Counted from the stretch's first letter, positions 9,729-20,577 are shown. The stretch is 32,000 nucleotides of DNA from Candidatus Saccharimonadota bacterium (GCA_965229705.1 OZ245922.1:90001-122000); one strand, 5' to 3'. The notes: generated from the letters alone by a model not told the origin. Numbers and translations: made by a program.

Positions 9729-10376
9729 ATGTCAGAACAAGTCATATCTCAAAGCGAGTTTAATGCTTTGGTAAAAGAAAATGCTAACCTCAAGGCAGAG
9801 AATAAGTCTCTTACAGACGCAAACGAAGAGCTAAAAAAAACAAACACAGAAATGTGAGAAAACATTGTGAAAGCAAAAGACGAACTCAAAGAAAAACATA
9901 AAAAACAAATGCTTGAGCTTTCTACTGAAAAAACAGCTTTGGAAACAAAAGTAAAAACTTTCACAGAAAAACTCGGTATTTGAGAAGATGTTACAGATTT
10001 AGGTTCACATTTAGATGGAATATCACAAGACCTTGCTTCGTATTCTTCTATCAAAGAAGAACAAGAAAAAGAATCTGCGAAAAACATAGAAAAATACACT
10101 GATTTTATCAAGAATCTTGATAAAGAGTGAGAAGATTTCCTTCAAGAACAAGCAGATATTTTTTGAGAAAGTGTCTTGAAAAATGAAAAAGCTCTCAAAG
10201 GATTTGCTGAAGCAAAAGGATTTAAAGTTGAGTGAGCTGAGAATAGTGATAAACCTATCAAAGTATGAAAACTCGAAGCTTGAGAGACACCTGATAATCA
10301 TGATAGTTTTGACGACGCTTACAACTCTTGAGACTCTCAAGGAATGATGTGAGAAATATTGAAAAATTTACATTAA
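9729..10376 (+). CDS. scaffolding protein (putative)
   Basis: 215 aa, strongly E/K/L-rich and predicted coiled coil, located between the portal and major capsid genes. Confidence 0.6.
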
Positions 10377-10393
10377 ATCTTAAATAGTTATAT

Positions 10394-11623
10394 ATGAGTA
10401 ATAACACAAAAAACACAAATACTGCCGATCAGATTCTCCGAATGGCAGAAGTGAATCTCGCGAAAAGAAAATCTATTTGAGCTGTAGCATTACAGAACAA
10501 AAATAAGGTTTTTAGTGGGGGTATCACAAGTACAAAACCCGAAAATATAGAAAGAATCTATAAAAATATCACTCTTACAGCAAGTGCTGTACATACTACA
10601 GGAACATTTACTACTGATGGAGATTTTATATCAGTAGAAGATAATAGAGTACTGATTGTAGGAGATATTGTTTCTTATGGGTCAATGGATTTACTGGTAA
10701 ACTCTGTCAGTGTAGACAGAAGTGGGGAAAGTCCATTATATAAGACAAATATGAGTTTTCTTTGAGGAAGTGAAGTAGAAATACCACAAAACGGTATCAT
10801 CAAACTTTCTTCTAACGCTACAGCAGAATGAGATGATGCTATCCAAGATAGAAAAATGTCAGAACAAAGGAAAACTTGGAATTATACTCAGATTATCGTA
10901 GGTCAATCAAGTATGACTGGAACTCTTGCTCAGAGTAAATGACTTGCAGGAGAAGACCTCAAAGCAGAACTTCTCAAAGACTCAGTAAGAGACTTTGAAA
11001 ACAAGCTTATAGGAACAGTGATGTCTCGAATCAGAAAAGAAGTTGTGACTTATGACTCTGCAGGGAAAGAAGTTATTAAAAGAATTGCAGGTGGTATTCC
11101 ATACTTTACCAAAAATACTTTTGATGAAAATGGAGATAATCCGACTGCTACAACAGTCAATCAAATAGCTGTAGATGATGTACTTGAAAAAACACATATT
11201 AACCAGGTATTTGTTAAAGCTATCAATAACGGAGGTACGGTAAATACTATTGCAGGTACTGCTGACCTTATCGCGACTCTTGCAGACGCAGAACAAAATA
11301 AGGTGCAAGTGCTCAATAGTGATGGAACTTCTGTAAAGATTGCCGGGGGATGAATCCAAAAATTCAAGTCTCCAATAGAAGTAGACGGAAATGTGATCAC
11401 ACATTTCTTATTGAGTGATGAACTCGAAGATGGAGAGGTTCTATGTTTTAACAAAGAGTCAATTTCTATTGAGCAAATGAAGAATCGCGCTACTTATAAG
11501 TACACAGACGCTAAAACAAGTACGGATGATAATCATAGAATATTCTTCCGTGATGAAGTGAGTATTATTATACAAAAAGCACAAGAAGATTTTTATTATC
11601 TCACAGGTTGTGAAGCTTCTTAG
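10394..11623 (+). CDS. major capsid protein
   Basis: 409 aa; joins track ORFs 11018..11353 and 11393..11623 in one frame under code 25. Follows the scaffold gene; only five TGA codons, low compared with neighbouring genes. Confidence 0.72.
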
Positions 11624-11633
11624 TAAAAAAAAA

Positions 11634-11644
11634 TGTCCCCGTAA
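11634..11644 (+). promoter_or_regulatory. conserved late intergenic motif TGTCCCCGTAA, copy 2
   Basis: Exact 11-mer preceded by an A-run. TATAAT at 11655-11660 lies 15 nt after TGTCCC; 57 nt before ATG 11691. Confidence 0.6.
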
Positions 11645-11690
11645 ATAGTATGGATATAATATGTCCATACTATTTTTTTATATTTATATT

Positions 11691-12062
11691 ATGAATGTAT
11701 TTTTACAGGACTTAGAGTATATAACTCTTGAGGGATACAAAGAAAGTTCCAAGAGTGAACTTATTGATAGTGATGATAATGATATCATTATGTTTATCGT
11801 AAAGGCAGAATCAAAGATAAGAGAAAAAGTCGAGTTTGACGGAGATGTGCCTATTGCGATACAGCAAGCAACAGTATTATTAACTGATAGATTGTATGAG
11901 GATAGTCTGATTGATTTCAATAAGAAAGAATTGATAGAAGAAAAAGACGAAAACCATACAAGAAAGTATCAGGTAATGTACAGAGCTGATAGTATGAAGT
12001 GAGATATTTGAGACTTGCTAAGACCTTACTTAAAGAGTAGAGGAAAATTTTATAGAACTTAA
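11691..12062 (+). CDS. head-tail connector/adaptor protein (putative)
   Basis: 123 aa; internal ATG of track ORF 11661..12002, extended through two TGA to TAA 12060. It is the first gene after the capsid gene; the call is positional. Confidence 0.5.
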
Positions 12063-12070
12063 AAAATATT

Positions 12071-12409
12071 ATGCTTTGAAAAAAAGAAAATATAAAAGTA
12101 TTTCGAAATGAGGGTGAAATAGATGAAAATGATAATTACGCTGAAACAGTGGTATATGAGAGTATTGAATCTTATATAGTTGAAGTGAAAGAACCAAGTT
12201 TTAACTCTGATATTTCCAGAGAAGAATCACAGCAGATTTTTTGTGTGATGATTTCTCTTGAGAATACTGATATCAGACTTTGAGATCATATTTCATATAC
12301 CGATAATTTTTGAGATGTAGAACTACAAATAATTACACGACCAAAGACTATTATTTTTGAGGAGTCTGAGAGTTTTATAAAATGTAATGCAAAGCTTATA
12401 TGAGGATAG
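12071..12409 (+). CDS. head-closure/head-tail joining protein (putative)
   Basis: 112 aa; all codons checked from ATG 12071 to TAG 12407; positional call. Confidence 0.45.
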
Positions 12410-12741
12410 ATATAGATGATGTATATGAGGATATATCTGATATTTGTTTTGATGTTATCGATAAAAAGACAGATATATGACTTGAAAAACTCAGAGAAAA
12501 TACTCCTGAAGATACCTATGAACTGCAAAAAAATAACAAACGAAGTGAAGTATGAGAGGTGTGATGAGTATTGCAGTCGAGAATATACAATGATACTGAG
12601 TATGCTGTTTTTGTTGAAGAATCTTCTACTGATAAAAAATATTATAAAGCAGGTGGCAGAAGGAGATGATGAAGTCCTTTTGAGCAGTGAAAAGGGGTAA
12701 GAATGATAGAAAAAACAGTATCTTATTTAGAAAATAACTAA
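12400..12741 (+). CDS. HK97 gp10-like tail-component/neck protein
   Basis: 113 aa in the frame that needs code 25 (nine TGA). NDTEYAVFVEES resembles the YA-x-x-VE-x-G signature of the HK97 gp10 family. Preferred over the standard-code ORF 12416..12700, which is hydrophobic, low-complexity and out of frame. Confidence 0.55.
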
Positions 12742-12749
12742 ACTTTACT

Positions 12750-13112
12750 ATGAAATATGAATATATAAAAGAGTTTATTTCTCTTATAAAACAAGAAGAA
12801 GTTATCACAGATATTTTTGAGTATATAGAGTTTGAGATACCAAAAACTTCTATGGATAAAAATATTATGATCATACAAGATATAGAAGAATTATCTGCAG
12901 GTTGTGGTTATTTGCATTTAGTAGAGTTTCGTATCATCGGAAAAATAGATGATACAGCTATAAAATTGAAGAAGTATTCTGATATACTCAATGACCATAT
13001 TATCTGATCACATAAGTTTTGATATTCTGATATATCCTTGAAAAGTTATACAAAAGTATATCTCAATGCTGATGATAGATTTGAGATGATTCTTATATAC
13101 GAAATATATTAA
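12750..13112 (+). CDS. tail completion/neck protein (putative)
   Basis: 120 aa; track ORF 12750..13007 extended through two TGA to TAA 13110; positional call. Confidence 0.45.
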
Positions 13113-13123
13113 ATTTTTCTATT

Positions 13124-13134
13124 TGTCCCCGTAA
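13124..13134 (+). promoter_or_regulatory. conserved late intergenic motif TGTCCCCGTAA, copy 3
   Basis: Exact 11-mer 12 nt after stop 13112. TATATG lies 14 nt after TGTCCC; 75 nt before ATG 13199. Confidence 0.55.
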
Positions 13135-13198
13135 TACTCTATGTATATGCTTATAGAGCATATTATTATGCGTATTTTATATCTATTATATTTTAAAT

Positions 13199-13498
13199 AT
13201 GTGAAGAACACCAAAAACAACTCCTGAAGTAAATGCTCAGGAGAAAGACAGTTCTTGAAATGTTCAAGCAACTGATAATCAGTCTACACAGGCTAATGAA
13301 AATCCTGATAAGGAGAAAATCTCTACTTATGGAAAACCAACTCCTGAAGCAAATACTCAGGAGAAAGGAGTTTCTGTTATTCCAAAAGTAGATATTGCTT
13401 GGAAAAAAGAAAAATCTGGAATATTGAAAAAAGGAGAAAAATACCAGATTTCTGCTGATGATTATGAAAGGATTAAGCACCTAGTAAAAAAAGCTTAA
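13199..13498 (+). CDS. hypothetical low-complexity protein (99 aa)
   Basis: ATG 13199 followed directly by TGA. Two internal KPTPE(V/A)N(A/T)QEK repeats and a basic C-terminus; open to TAA 13496. Confidence 0.45.
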
Positions 13499-13557
13499 AA
13501 AAAAGGGTTTAAAATTTATAAAATATACGCAGTTTTAAAATTTTAACCAATATACAT

Positions 13558-14328
13558 ATGAGTAAATTGATTGAAGCAGCTGATTTTCCCGTTCATGTAG
13601 AACTGAAACTTTCTACAAACTGAAAATGGGAAAAATACGCTTGTATGATTAATGCAGGTATTACTTATAGTAAAGAAAACCAAGAGAGCCTTGATCTGAA
13701 TTGTGGTTCTTTTAGTTATTCTGATAGAGTAGCAGAAATGAAGCTTGAGATGTTTCGAGTACTCAATTCTAATATTCTTAATACTCTCAATGGTTCTAGT
13801 ACGGTAGTTATACCTGCTTGACCTTACGATATAAACGAATCACACGAAGTAAAAAATGATAAAACTATCATTTTGATTCATAGTTCTTCGGATAAGAATG
13901 GTGTTACGGATATCGTTGTAAAATCAAGTGATGGAACAACGACTTATGTTGTAGATACTGATTATGAAGTAAATACTACTGATAATGTTACGACTATTAC
14001 TATCCTTGATTGAGCTATAAGTGTATGAGATACCGTAATTGTTGAATGAACAGTGGAACTTCAAGAAACAAGAAAGGTAATAGATATTCTTTGAACAACA
14101 GCTGATGAAAAAATAGATGTCAGATTTGTTGGAGTAAAAGAGATAAATGGTGTTGATTATCATTTTAGTCTTGAAGCTACAGAAGGTGTGAATACATCTG
14201 CTTATACTATTGAGTTTCTCAATAAGATTAAAGGAGGTCTTCCAAAAGGAACTGAGGTAACTTTTAAGTTTGATACAAACGAAGTAGTTATGTACGATCA
14301 GATTTCTCCAGCTGAGGAGAAACTCTAG
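13558..14328 (+). CDS. major tail (tube) protein
   Basis: 256 aa; every codon checked from ATG 13558 to TAG 14326 (seven TGA). Lies between the connector genes and the chaperone/tape-measure genes, and a hairpin plus T-run follows it. Confidence 0.62.
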
Positions 14329-14387
14329 TTTTTCTATTATAAAGGGAGTCTTTTTAGGCTCTCTTTTTATTTTTCAAAAAAAATATT

Positions 14388-14855
14388 ATGACGAGAAAAT
14401 ATATATATATTGATTTATCGTGAAACAAATATCGTATACTTGAACCTACTATTTCAGAGTTATATGAAATAGATAATTTGACTAAGGATACAGAAAATAT
14501 ACAAGAAAATTATAAGAGAATATTCGATATCTTAGGTATTTCTGAAGAATATATGGATATTTCTCATGTGATTATTCAACAAGTTATCGAATGATTTAGA
14601 GAAAAAAAAGAGAAATCCTGATGAAACAATTATTTTTTATGAGTATTATGAATGCTCGCTTATCATAACTATATGGATATACGAAGTTTTATGGAAAAGT
14701 ACTGTTTTTCTGATATTTCAGAGTTAATGAATATCAGAGAATACTATTACAATATTTTAAACGATAAAGCCTCTGATAATGTAAAGTTTTATGATAAAAC
14801 ACCACAATCAAAAGAAAGAGATGAATATATGGAGTATCTTTCGAGTAAGATATAG
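14388..14855 (+). CDS. tail assembly chaperone (putative)
   Basis: 155 aa, acidic. Position between tube and tape-measure genes. Contains an A8 run (14602-14609) in the A-AAA-AAA phase; ends with track ORF 14652..14855. Confidence 0.5.
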
Positions 14856-14895
14856 TTTCGTGTATTTGTAGAAAATCGGAATTTCCGCATTTCAG

Positions 14896-14926
14896 AAAAA
14901 GACTCCAATTAAGGAGTCTTTTTTTT
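14896..14926. terminator. bidirectional intrinsic terminator between convergent genes
   Basis: AAAAAGACTCC (14896-14906) pairs with GGAGTCTTTTT (14913-23) around loop AATTAA. It has an A-run on one side and a T-run on the other, and sits between stop 14855 (+) and stop 14925 (-). Confidence 0.75.
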
Positions 14927-15314
14927 ATGCGAGCGTTTGTTTTAAAAGCTCTAGTCATTTTGGTAGTACAAAAGTTTGCTTATACCTCTGCCATTTACCT
15001 CAAGAAGTTCTGTGTTTCACAACTTTCTGAGTAAAATACTCTCCATCATAAGTTTTATATGGAGAATTATCTTTTTTGAGAAACTTATGAAATCTTGCTA
15101 TACGAAAAAGTTTGTTTCTCGCTTGTCATAACTCTACACCTGCCTGCTCAAAACTATAAGTTTTGAGTCTATCTTTTATCCATGTTGCAAACTCTCGTTT
15201 ACTTCATAATTGTATATGCAAATCTCTTGCATCTATAGTATCTAACATTTCACTCCCTATTTCACTTTTTGCTATATTTAATGAGATAGCATTCTCACTT
15301 ACCGTTGTATTCAT
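14925..15314 (-). CDS. AntA/AntB-type phage antirepressor domain protein
   Basis: 129 aa on the minus strand under code 25. LDTIDARDLHIQLGSKREFATWIKDRLKTYSFEQAGVE matches the AntA-domain core (ARDLH-x-x-LG ... F-x-x-WIK-x-R-I ... Y-x-F). The C-terminus ...QTFVLPKGLELLKQTLA resembles KilA-C/antirepressor ends. The start is the internal Met of track ORF 15204..15425. Confidence 0.72.
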
Positions 15315-15350
15315 AATCACATAGATTATAAAAATAAAATAGAAGCCTTT

Positions 15351-15401
15351 ATCCTGTGGGAAATTCAGGCAACGGTAAGTTAAACTGGTGTCCCACAGGA
15401 T
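15351..15401. promoter_or_regulatory. 11-bp perfect inverted repeat upstream of the antirepressor gene
   Basis: ATCCTGTGGGA (15351-61) and TCCCACAGGAT (15391-15401) are separated by 29 nt; a third half-site-like ATCCTAG lies at 15412. The near arm of the repeat (15351) lies 37 nt upstream of the minus-strand ATG at 15314. Confidence 0.5.
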
Positions 15402-15598
15402 AGAAACTTCTATCCTAGTAATCAAAAAATTTTACAAATAAAAATACCTGACAATAAAACACCTATGATTAACTTACCACAACTATATTATCACTTATCT
15501 CTGAAAAAGCAAATTTTTTGTTATTTTTGTGATTGCATATATATTGTGTCGGTAGGAACTAGAACTCCTACGCTAGATTATTTCTTAACAAGGTATAT

Positions 15599-15679
15599 AT
15601 GGATATGTTATTATCCTTGCTACTCTCCCTAGTAGCGAGTCTGTTATACGATGTACTAAAAATCGTACTCGGACTATAA
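15599..15679 (+). CDS. candidate 26-aa hydrophobic peptide
   Basis: ATG GAT ATG ... TAA encodes MDMLLSLLLSLVASLLYDVLKIVLGL. A GTAGGA/TCCTAC hairpin (15552-71) lies upstream and a strong terminator follows. No homology evidence. Confidence 0.3.
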   Translation: MDMLLSLLLSLVASLLYDVLKIVLGL

Positions 15680-15686
15680 ACAAAAT

Positions 15687-15715
15687 AAAACCACTCTGGC
15701 AGGAGTGGTTTTATT
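15687..15715 (+). terminator. intrinsic terminator
   Basis: AAAACCACTC (15687-96) pairs with GAGTGGTTTT (15704-13) around a 4 to 6-nt loop, and T-rich sequence follows. Confidence 0.7.
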
Positions 15716-15940
15716 AAGCTAGAACAATTTTGCTATCTTATTTCTTGGTATAGCTATGGAAACTACATTATTACCAAAAAAGACTGTACAGTGGGGATTA
15801 CTTTTGAGGGTAATTTACTGTACAAATACATTATATAAAAAAACAATTGAAAATGCAAATATTTTTAATGCATTTCTGTTGCAATAATATATTTATTTTT
15901 TAAATTGTACTTTACAATATTTTCTAATCTTAGTTTACAT

Positions 15941-16961
15941 ATGAGAATTATAGTATTATTTGTGTTATTTTTTTCTTTTATATCTTTTTCAGAAGCATAC
16001 ACTCCAAGTGATAAGGATAAAGCTATTGCAAACACTCTTCCTCAAGCAATGGAGATGATGTATAAAAATGATAATGAAAAGTTTTATAATATCTTTAATA
16101 AAATAAAGGATGTATTACCATTTTTGGAAGGAAGAAATGAATATCTAATTTCAGCTGTTTTCGAAGCTATGGAAGATATTATAGATAAAAACACCTTGTT
16201 AGAGGTTAAACAAGATACACAGGAAGAAGAAAAAGAAGAAAAAGAAGTAATGTCTGAAAAAGTAAAAGAATTTAGCAAAAATCTGAATGAGAAATATGAA
16301 TTAGAAAAATCTATTTCAGGTTCTGAAAACTATAGTGATATATTGCTATTATCAAAAGTAAGAAGGGAGATAGTTGATATGTTGGAGTCGTGATATAAAG
16401 ATGATGAAATTAAAGAAGCATTAGAAATCACTTTAGATGACATAGCTCTAGATGAGTATTATTTGGCATTGACTTTGTTTGTTTTATGAGAATATGATGG
16501 TGATTTTGATAAAATCTTTGTTTGTTTTATGAGAATATGATGGTGATTTTGATAAAATTGAGGAATCTAGAGATATTTTATTAAAACTTCGTTCTAAAAA
16601 TACATTTGTAAAGCACGAAACTGAAATAGATGAATATTTGGATGAAGTAAGTGAACTTTATTATAAATATCAATTAATTCTGAAAAAAAAGTTTACATCA
16701 AATAGTAATAGAGAAATATTCTTTATTGGTCATTGACGATATGAGCTGGAATTAACAAAAATATATTGATATGATAGCTATATATGAATAACATTACTTG
16801 ATGAATATTGAGATTATGTTGATTCAGTTGTTAGTGATGCTAATTATGATGGACAATGAATTATTTGAAACTATACATTTTTTATAAATGAATGATGAAA
16901 TTATATGTTTGAAATTGATGATAGTAAAAAATCATATAGCTTTAAGATAAAAAGAAAATAA
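15941..16961 (+). pseudogene. secreted protein gene disrupted by a 43-bp tandem duplication
   Basis: Signal-peptide-like N-terminus MRIIVLFVLFFSFISFSEA. The reading frame runs from 15941 into the duplication and stops at TAA 16553. The remainder (KIEESRDILLKLRSK ... FKIKRK) continues in the +1 frame from the second copy to TAA 16959. Removing one 43-bp copy gives a single 325-codon ORF. Confidence 0.6.
16473..16558 (+). repeat. perfect 43-bp direct tandem duplication
   Basis: 16473-16515 equals 16516-16558 (CTTTGTTTGTTTTATGAGAATATGATGGTGATTTTGATAAAAT); the length is not a multiple of 3. Confidence 0.95.
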
Positions 16962-16968
16962 AGATCAT

Positions 16969-16991
16969 AACTCCCAAAAGGGAGTTTTTTT
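16969..16991 (+). terminator. intrinsic terminator
   Basis: AACTCCC-AAAA-GGGAGTT followed by a T7 run, 8 nt after stop 16961. Confidence 0.75.
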
Positions 16992-17003
16992 AAAATAAAA
17001 AAA

Positions 17004-17014
17004 TGTCCCCGTAA
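17004..17014 (+). promoter_or_regulatory. conserved late intergenic motif TGTCCCCGTAA, copy 4
   Basis: Exact 11-mer preceded by an A-run. TAAAAAT lies 15 nt after TGTCCC; 53 nt before ATG 17057. Confidence 0.6.
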
Positions 17015-17056
17015 CATTTATGAGTAAAAATAGAATTATTTATTTATAATAATTCT

Positions 17057-20000
17057 ATGGCAAGAACTATATATATAGATGTAGCGTTGGAAAAAAAGAA
17101 GGTTATTCAACAAATGAAAGACCTCGAAAAGGATCTTAAGGCTTCGATAAAGAGAGCAGAGAAAAATGCCAAGATAAAAATCAACCTGGACGAAAAAGGT
17201 TTGAAAAACTCAGCAAAGAGAGCAAGCTCAGAAGCCTCAAAGACTATTAAGAGTATCTCGAATAGTAAAGTGAAAATGGTCTTGAATGAGGCTGATTTTA
17301 AGTCTCAGCTAGACCGTATACAGCTGACAGCGAGAGATACAGGAAAACAGCTTGATAAGTCTCTTCTCACAAAACTTGAGGTAGATTATGCAGATCTGGA
17401 AATAGCAAAAAAACAGGCTCAAGAGTATCAAAAACAAGCAAAGATTTTGTTTGAAAAGTGAATTATACCAAAAGAAAAATATAGAGAAGCAATAAGGCAG
17501 ACAAAGGCTTTATCAAGTGCTACAACAGAAGCAAATAGGAGATTACAAAATTATAGGAACACATGAGAAAAAAACATTTCTCGACTTCAGGCAAAGTTTA
17601 ATGATTTGAAAAATAGTATATCAGGTGCAGTAAAAGCCACTCTATGATTCTTATGAGTCACTTTTGTATTTCAAAAAATTGGTCAAGCAATAAATTTTTC
17701 AGAAAAAACATTTCGTAGTTACGAATCAGCTTTTGCTGGTTTTAGAAAAACACTAGAAGCAACAGAGCTAGAGCTTAAAGAAATAGAGAAAGGTATTGTT
17801 AATATGAGTAAGAGAGTGCCAAAAAGTGCAGAAGATCTCTCAAGAATTGCTGAGGTAGCGTGACAGATGGGTATAGCCTCTGAAGACATCTTAAACTTCA
17901 CAGAGGTAACAGCAATGTTATCAACTGCGATTGATGGAATAGAGGCAGATAATGCAGTTAAAATAATGAGTAGACTCCAAGACCAAGCGTGAGAAGCTAC
18001 CTCAGAGTTATTAAACCAAGCAAACGCTCTAGTGTTTCTGTGAAATAATTATAAAGCAAACGAATGACAAATATTAAGTTTTGCTAACTATATTAAAAGT
18101 TTGTGAAGTGTATTGGATTTCTCAAGTGCTGATCTACTTGCTTTTTCTACAGTATTTGTAGATGCGTGAATAAGCGCAGAAGCTTGAGGAACTCAAGTAA
18201 CTAAGGCTTGAATAGTTATTGAAACAGCAGTGAAAAATAGTGCAGATTCTTTATGATTATTTTGAGAAATATCATGAAGAACAAAAGAACAATTTGTAAA
18301 AGATTGGGGCGATGATAGTGCAAAAGTATTTGCAGATATATTGGTATGAATATGAAATTCTTGAGACTTAGCAATACCTGTTATGCAAGAATTATTTTGA
18401 AAAAATGTAAGAACTGCAAACGCATTTTTAAGTGTTGCATGAAATGCACATAAGCTAGAGAAGGCTTTAGATGACACAAGAGAAGCATATGAAAATGGAA
18501 CATACGCAATAGATGAATTTCAAAAAAGACTAGCCACCAATGATTCACAAATCATATTAAATCAAAATAGATGGAAAGCTTGGAGCTTGTCTTTTGGTAA
18601 AGATATATCTAGTGCAAAACTTGCATATAGCTCATTTTTTCTTGAGGCAATACCTAGAGGATACGAATCAGCTCAAATATTTTTTACTACAATGATAGCT
18701 TCGAGTAGAATTTTATGAATTCAACTTAAGAATATGTGAGAGGTAGCATATTCTGTTTTCTATAATTTTTGAAAAAATGCTTCTATATTGGTATGAAATA
18801 TTTGATCTTCTTTTGAAAATGGACTTCCAAATGCAATAAAGATAGGTGTTAATGGGGGTATAAAAGTACTTGAAAAATTTATAAACTATGTAGGAAAAAA
18901 TGTAGTAAATCAGCTTGCAAAAATACCATGATTTTGAAAGTTGAAATGACTATGAAAAATAAGTCTTGATGGTATAAAGTTTGATGTTACTGAGTGAAGT
19001 AAGGCAAGAGATTATATAAAGATTGGTGAAGAAATAGATAAGATTACAGAGAAAAATAAAAGGCTCATCGATATTGAAAATGACGCGTATAATGCTTCTC
19101 GCGAAAGGTTGAAAGAACAAAGAAAAACTGCAGAAGCAAATAAAGAAGCTATAGAAAAAACTAACAATCAGATAAGAGATGAAATAAACAAAGAAATATC
19201 AGATCAAGAGGAAAAAATAAAAAAACTACAAGAACTTCTTACATGAGGAGACACATCTTGATGAGAAGCACTTTGAGAGAATGCCGAAGACTCAATAAAT
19301 GCAATAAACGATAAAATACAAGAACTTACAAAAGAATTGAATAATGCTAGTATTTGAAGTGACAGTTTTAAGAAATTACAAGGCGAGATATCAAAATATC
19401 AGAAAATGCTGGAAGAAGTTTCTAAGACAGACAAAGAAAGAGAAGTAGAAAAAATAAAAAAACTCGAAGAAGATCAGGAAAAACTCTTTGAGAATAATAT
19501 GAAGCGTATAGAGGAGGTAGGAGAAAACGAACTCTCATACTGAGAAGATTTACTCGCTCAGTATAAAGGCAAGCTTCAAGCTATAGATTTACTTTCAGAG
19601 ATGGAGAATGAACATCTCGATGATTCAGAAAAACTCTTAGAAATAGATAAGAAACGAGAAGAGTATCGAAAAGATATGTATAAAATAAGCAAAGAAATTT
19701 TTCAAGAAGAGAAAAAATCATTGGAAGAACTCGGAAAGTCTATTGAGAAACTCCAAGAAGAAGCTCAAAAAATCACAAAAGATAAAGATGATTCACTGGC
19801 TGATAGAAAAATAGACATAGGCAAAGAGAAAACAGATATACAAGAAGAACTCGTAAAATGAGAGTTTACTGGTCGTGTATGAAATACTGCTGAAAGGATA
19901 AGAGATATTGACGAAGAACTCAAGTGAGAAATGAGTGAACAAAATCGTATAAAACTTGAGGAAAAGAGGGGAGAATTGATGGATACATTTATTTTTAGAC

Positions 20001-20577
20001 TCAAAGAATCAAATTTTCTGACACAAGAAGCTTATGAATTACGAAAAGAATTACTGGCAGAGAAAATCTTGAGGAAGAAGAAGCAATCTTAGATCAGAAT
20101 GTAGACTCTGATACAGTAAAAAACAAAGAAGAATCAGACTGACAAAGTGAGACAGAGAAAATACTATCTGAATTTGAGGAGAAAAAAGTAGCAATAGAAG
20201 AAGAACTCGCACTAAAAACACAAGCACTTGCGGATGAGTGAATAGAGTTTCAAAAACTCATTGATATCAAGAAAATGTGAGAAGAATCGTTTACAATGGC
20301 TCTCACAAATGAAACAAATAAAAGAATCATAGAGAATGCGAGACTTCTCGAAGACGCAAAAAGAGTTGCTGCAGAGATGGCGGCTTTATGATTCAATGGT
20401 CAATGATTTACAGCGAGTTTTAAAAAAACTGATTCAGAGTGAAAAACAACCACTGTGCAAAGAACTATCAATATCACAAATGCAGCAACAATAAATAATA
20501 ATCTGGATGAAAAAAAGTTTCTCAGAAAAGTAGCAAAAATGATAGAAAAAGCAGAGCAAACAGGTAATAAAGTATAA
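17057..20577 (+). CDS. tail tape measure protein, interrupted by a -1 frame change near 20063-20092
   Basis: The frame from ATG 17057 is continuous under code 25 through track ORFs 17057..17461 and 19601..19861 to TAG 20090. The obviously related coiled-coil sequence (ENLEEEEAILDQ ... EQTGNKV) continues in the -1 frame to TAA 20575. The core FRKTLEATELELKEIEKGIVNMSKRVPKSAEDLSRIAEVAGQMGI resembles the conserved tape-measure core region. Total is about 1170 aa. Confidence 0.8.

Noticed and set aside
12416-12700. Standard-code plus ORF 12416..12700 (94 aa)
   Set aside because: It overlaps out of frame the code-25 ORF 12400..12741, which carries an HK97 gp10-like motif and fits the gene packing. 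The 94-aa product is hydrophobic low complexity.
14602-14668. A-AAA-AAA slippery heptamer in the tail chaperone gene as a canonical G/GT -1 frameshift
   Set aside because: The -1 frame stops after about 20 codons (TAA 14666), so it would shorten rather than extend the protein. The zero frame continues to 14855, and the tape measure gene is not adjacent. This is not the classical arrangement, although slippage cannot be excluded.
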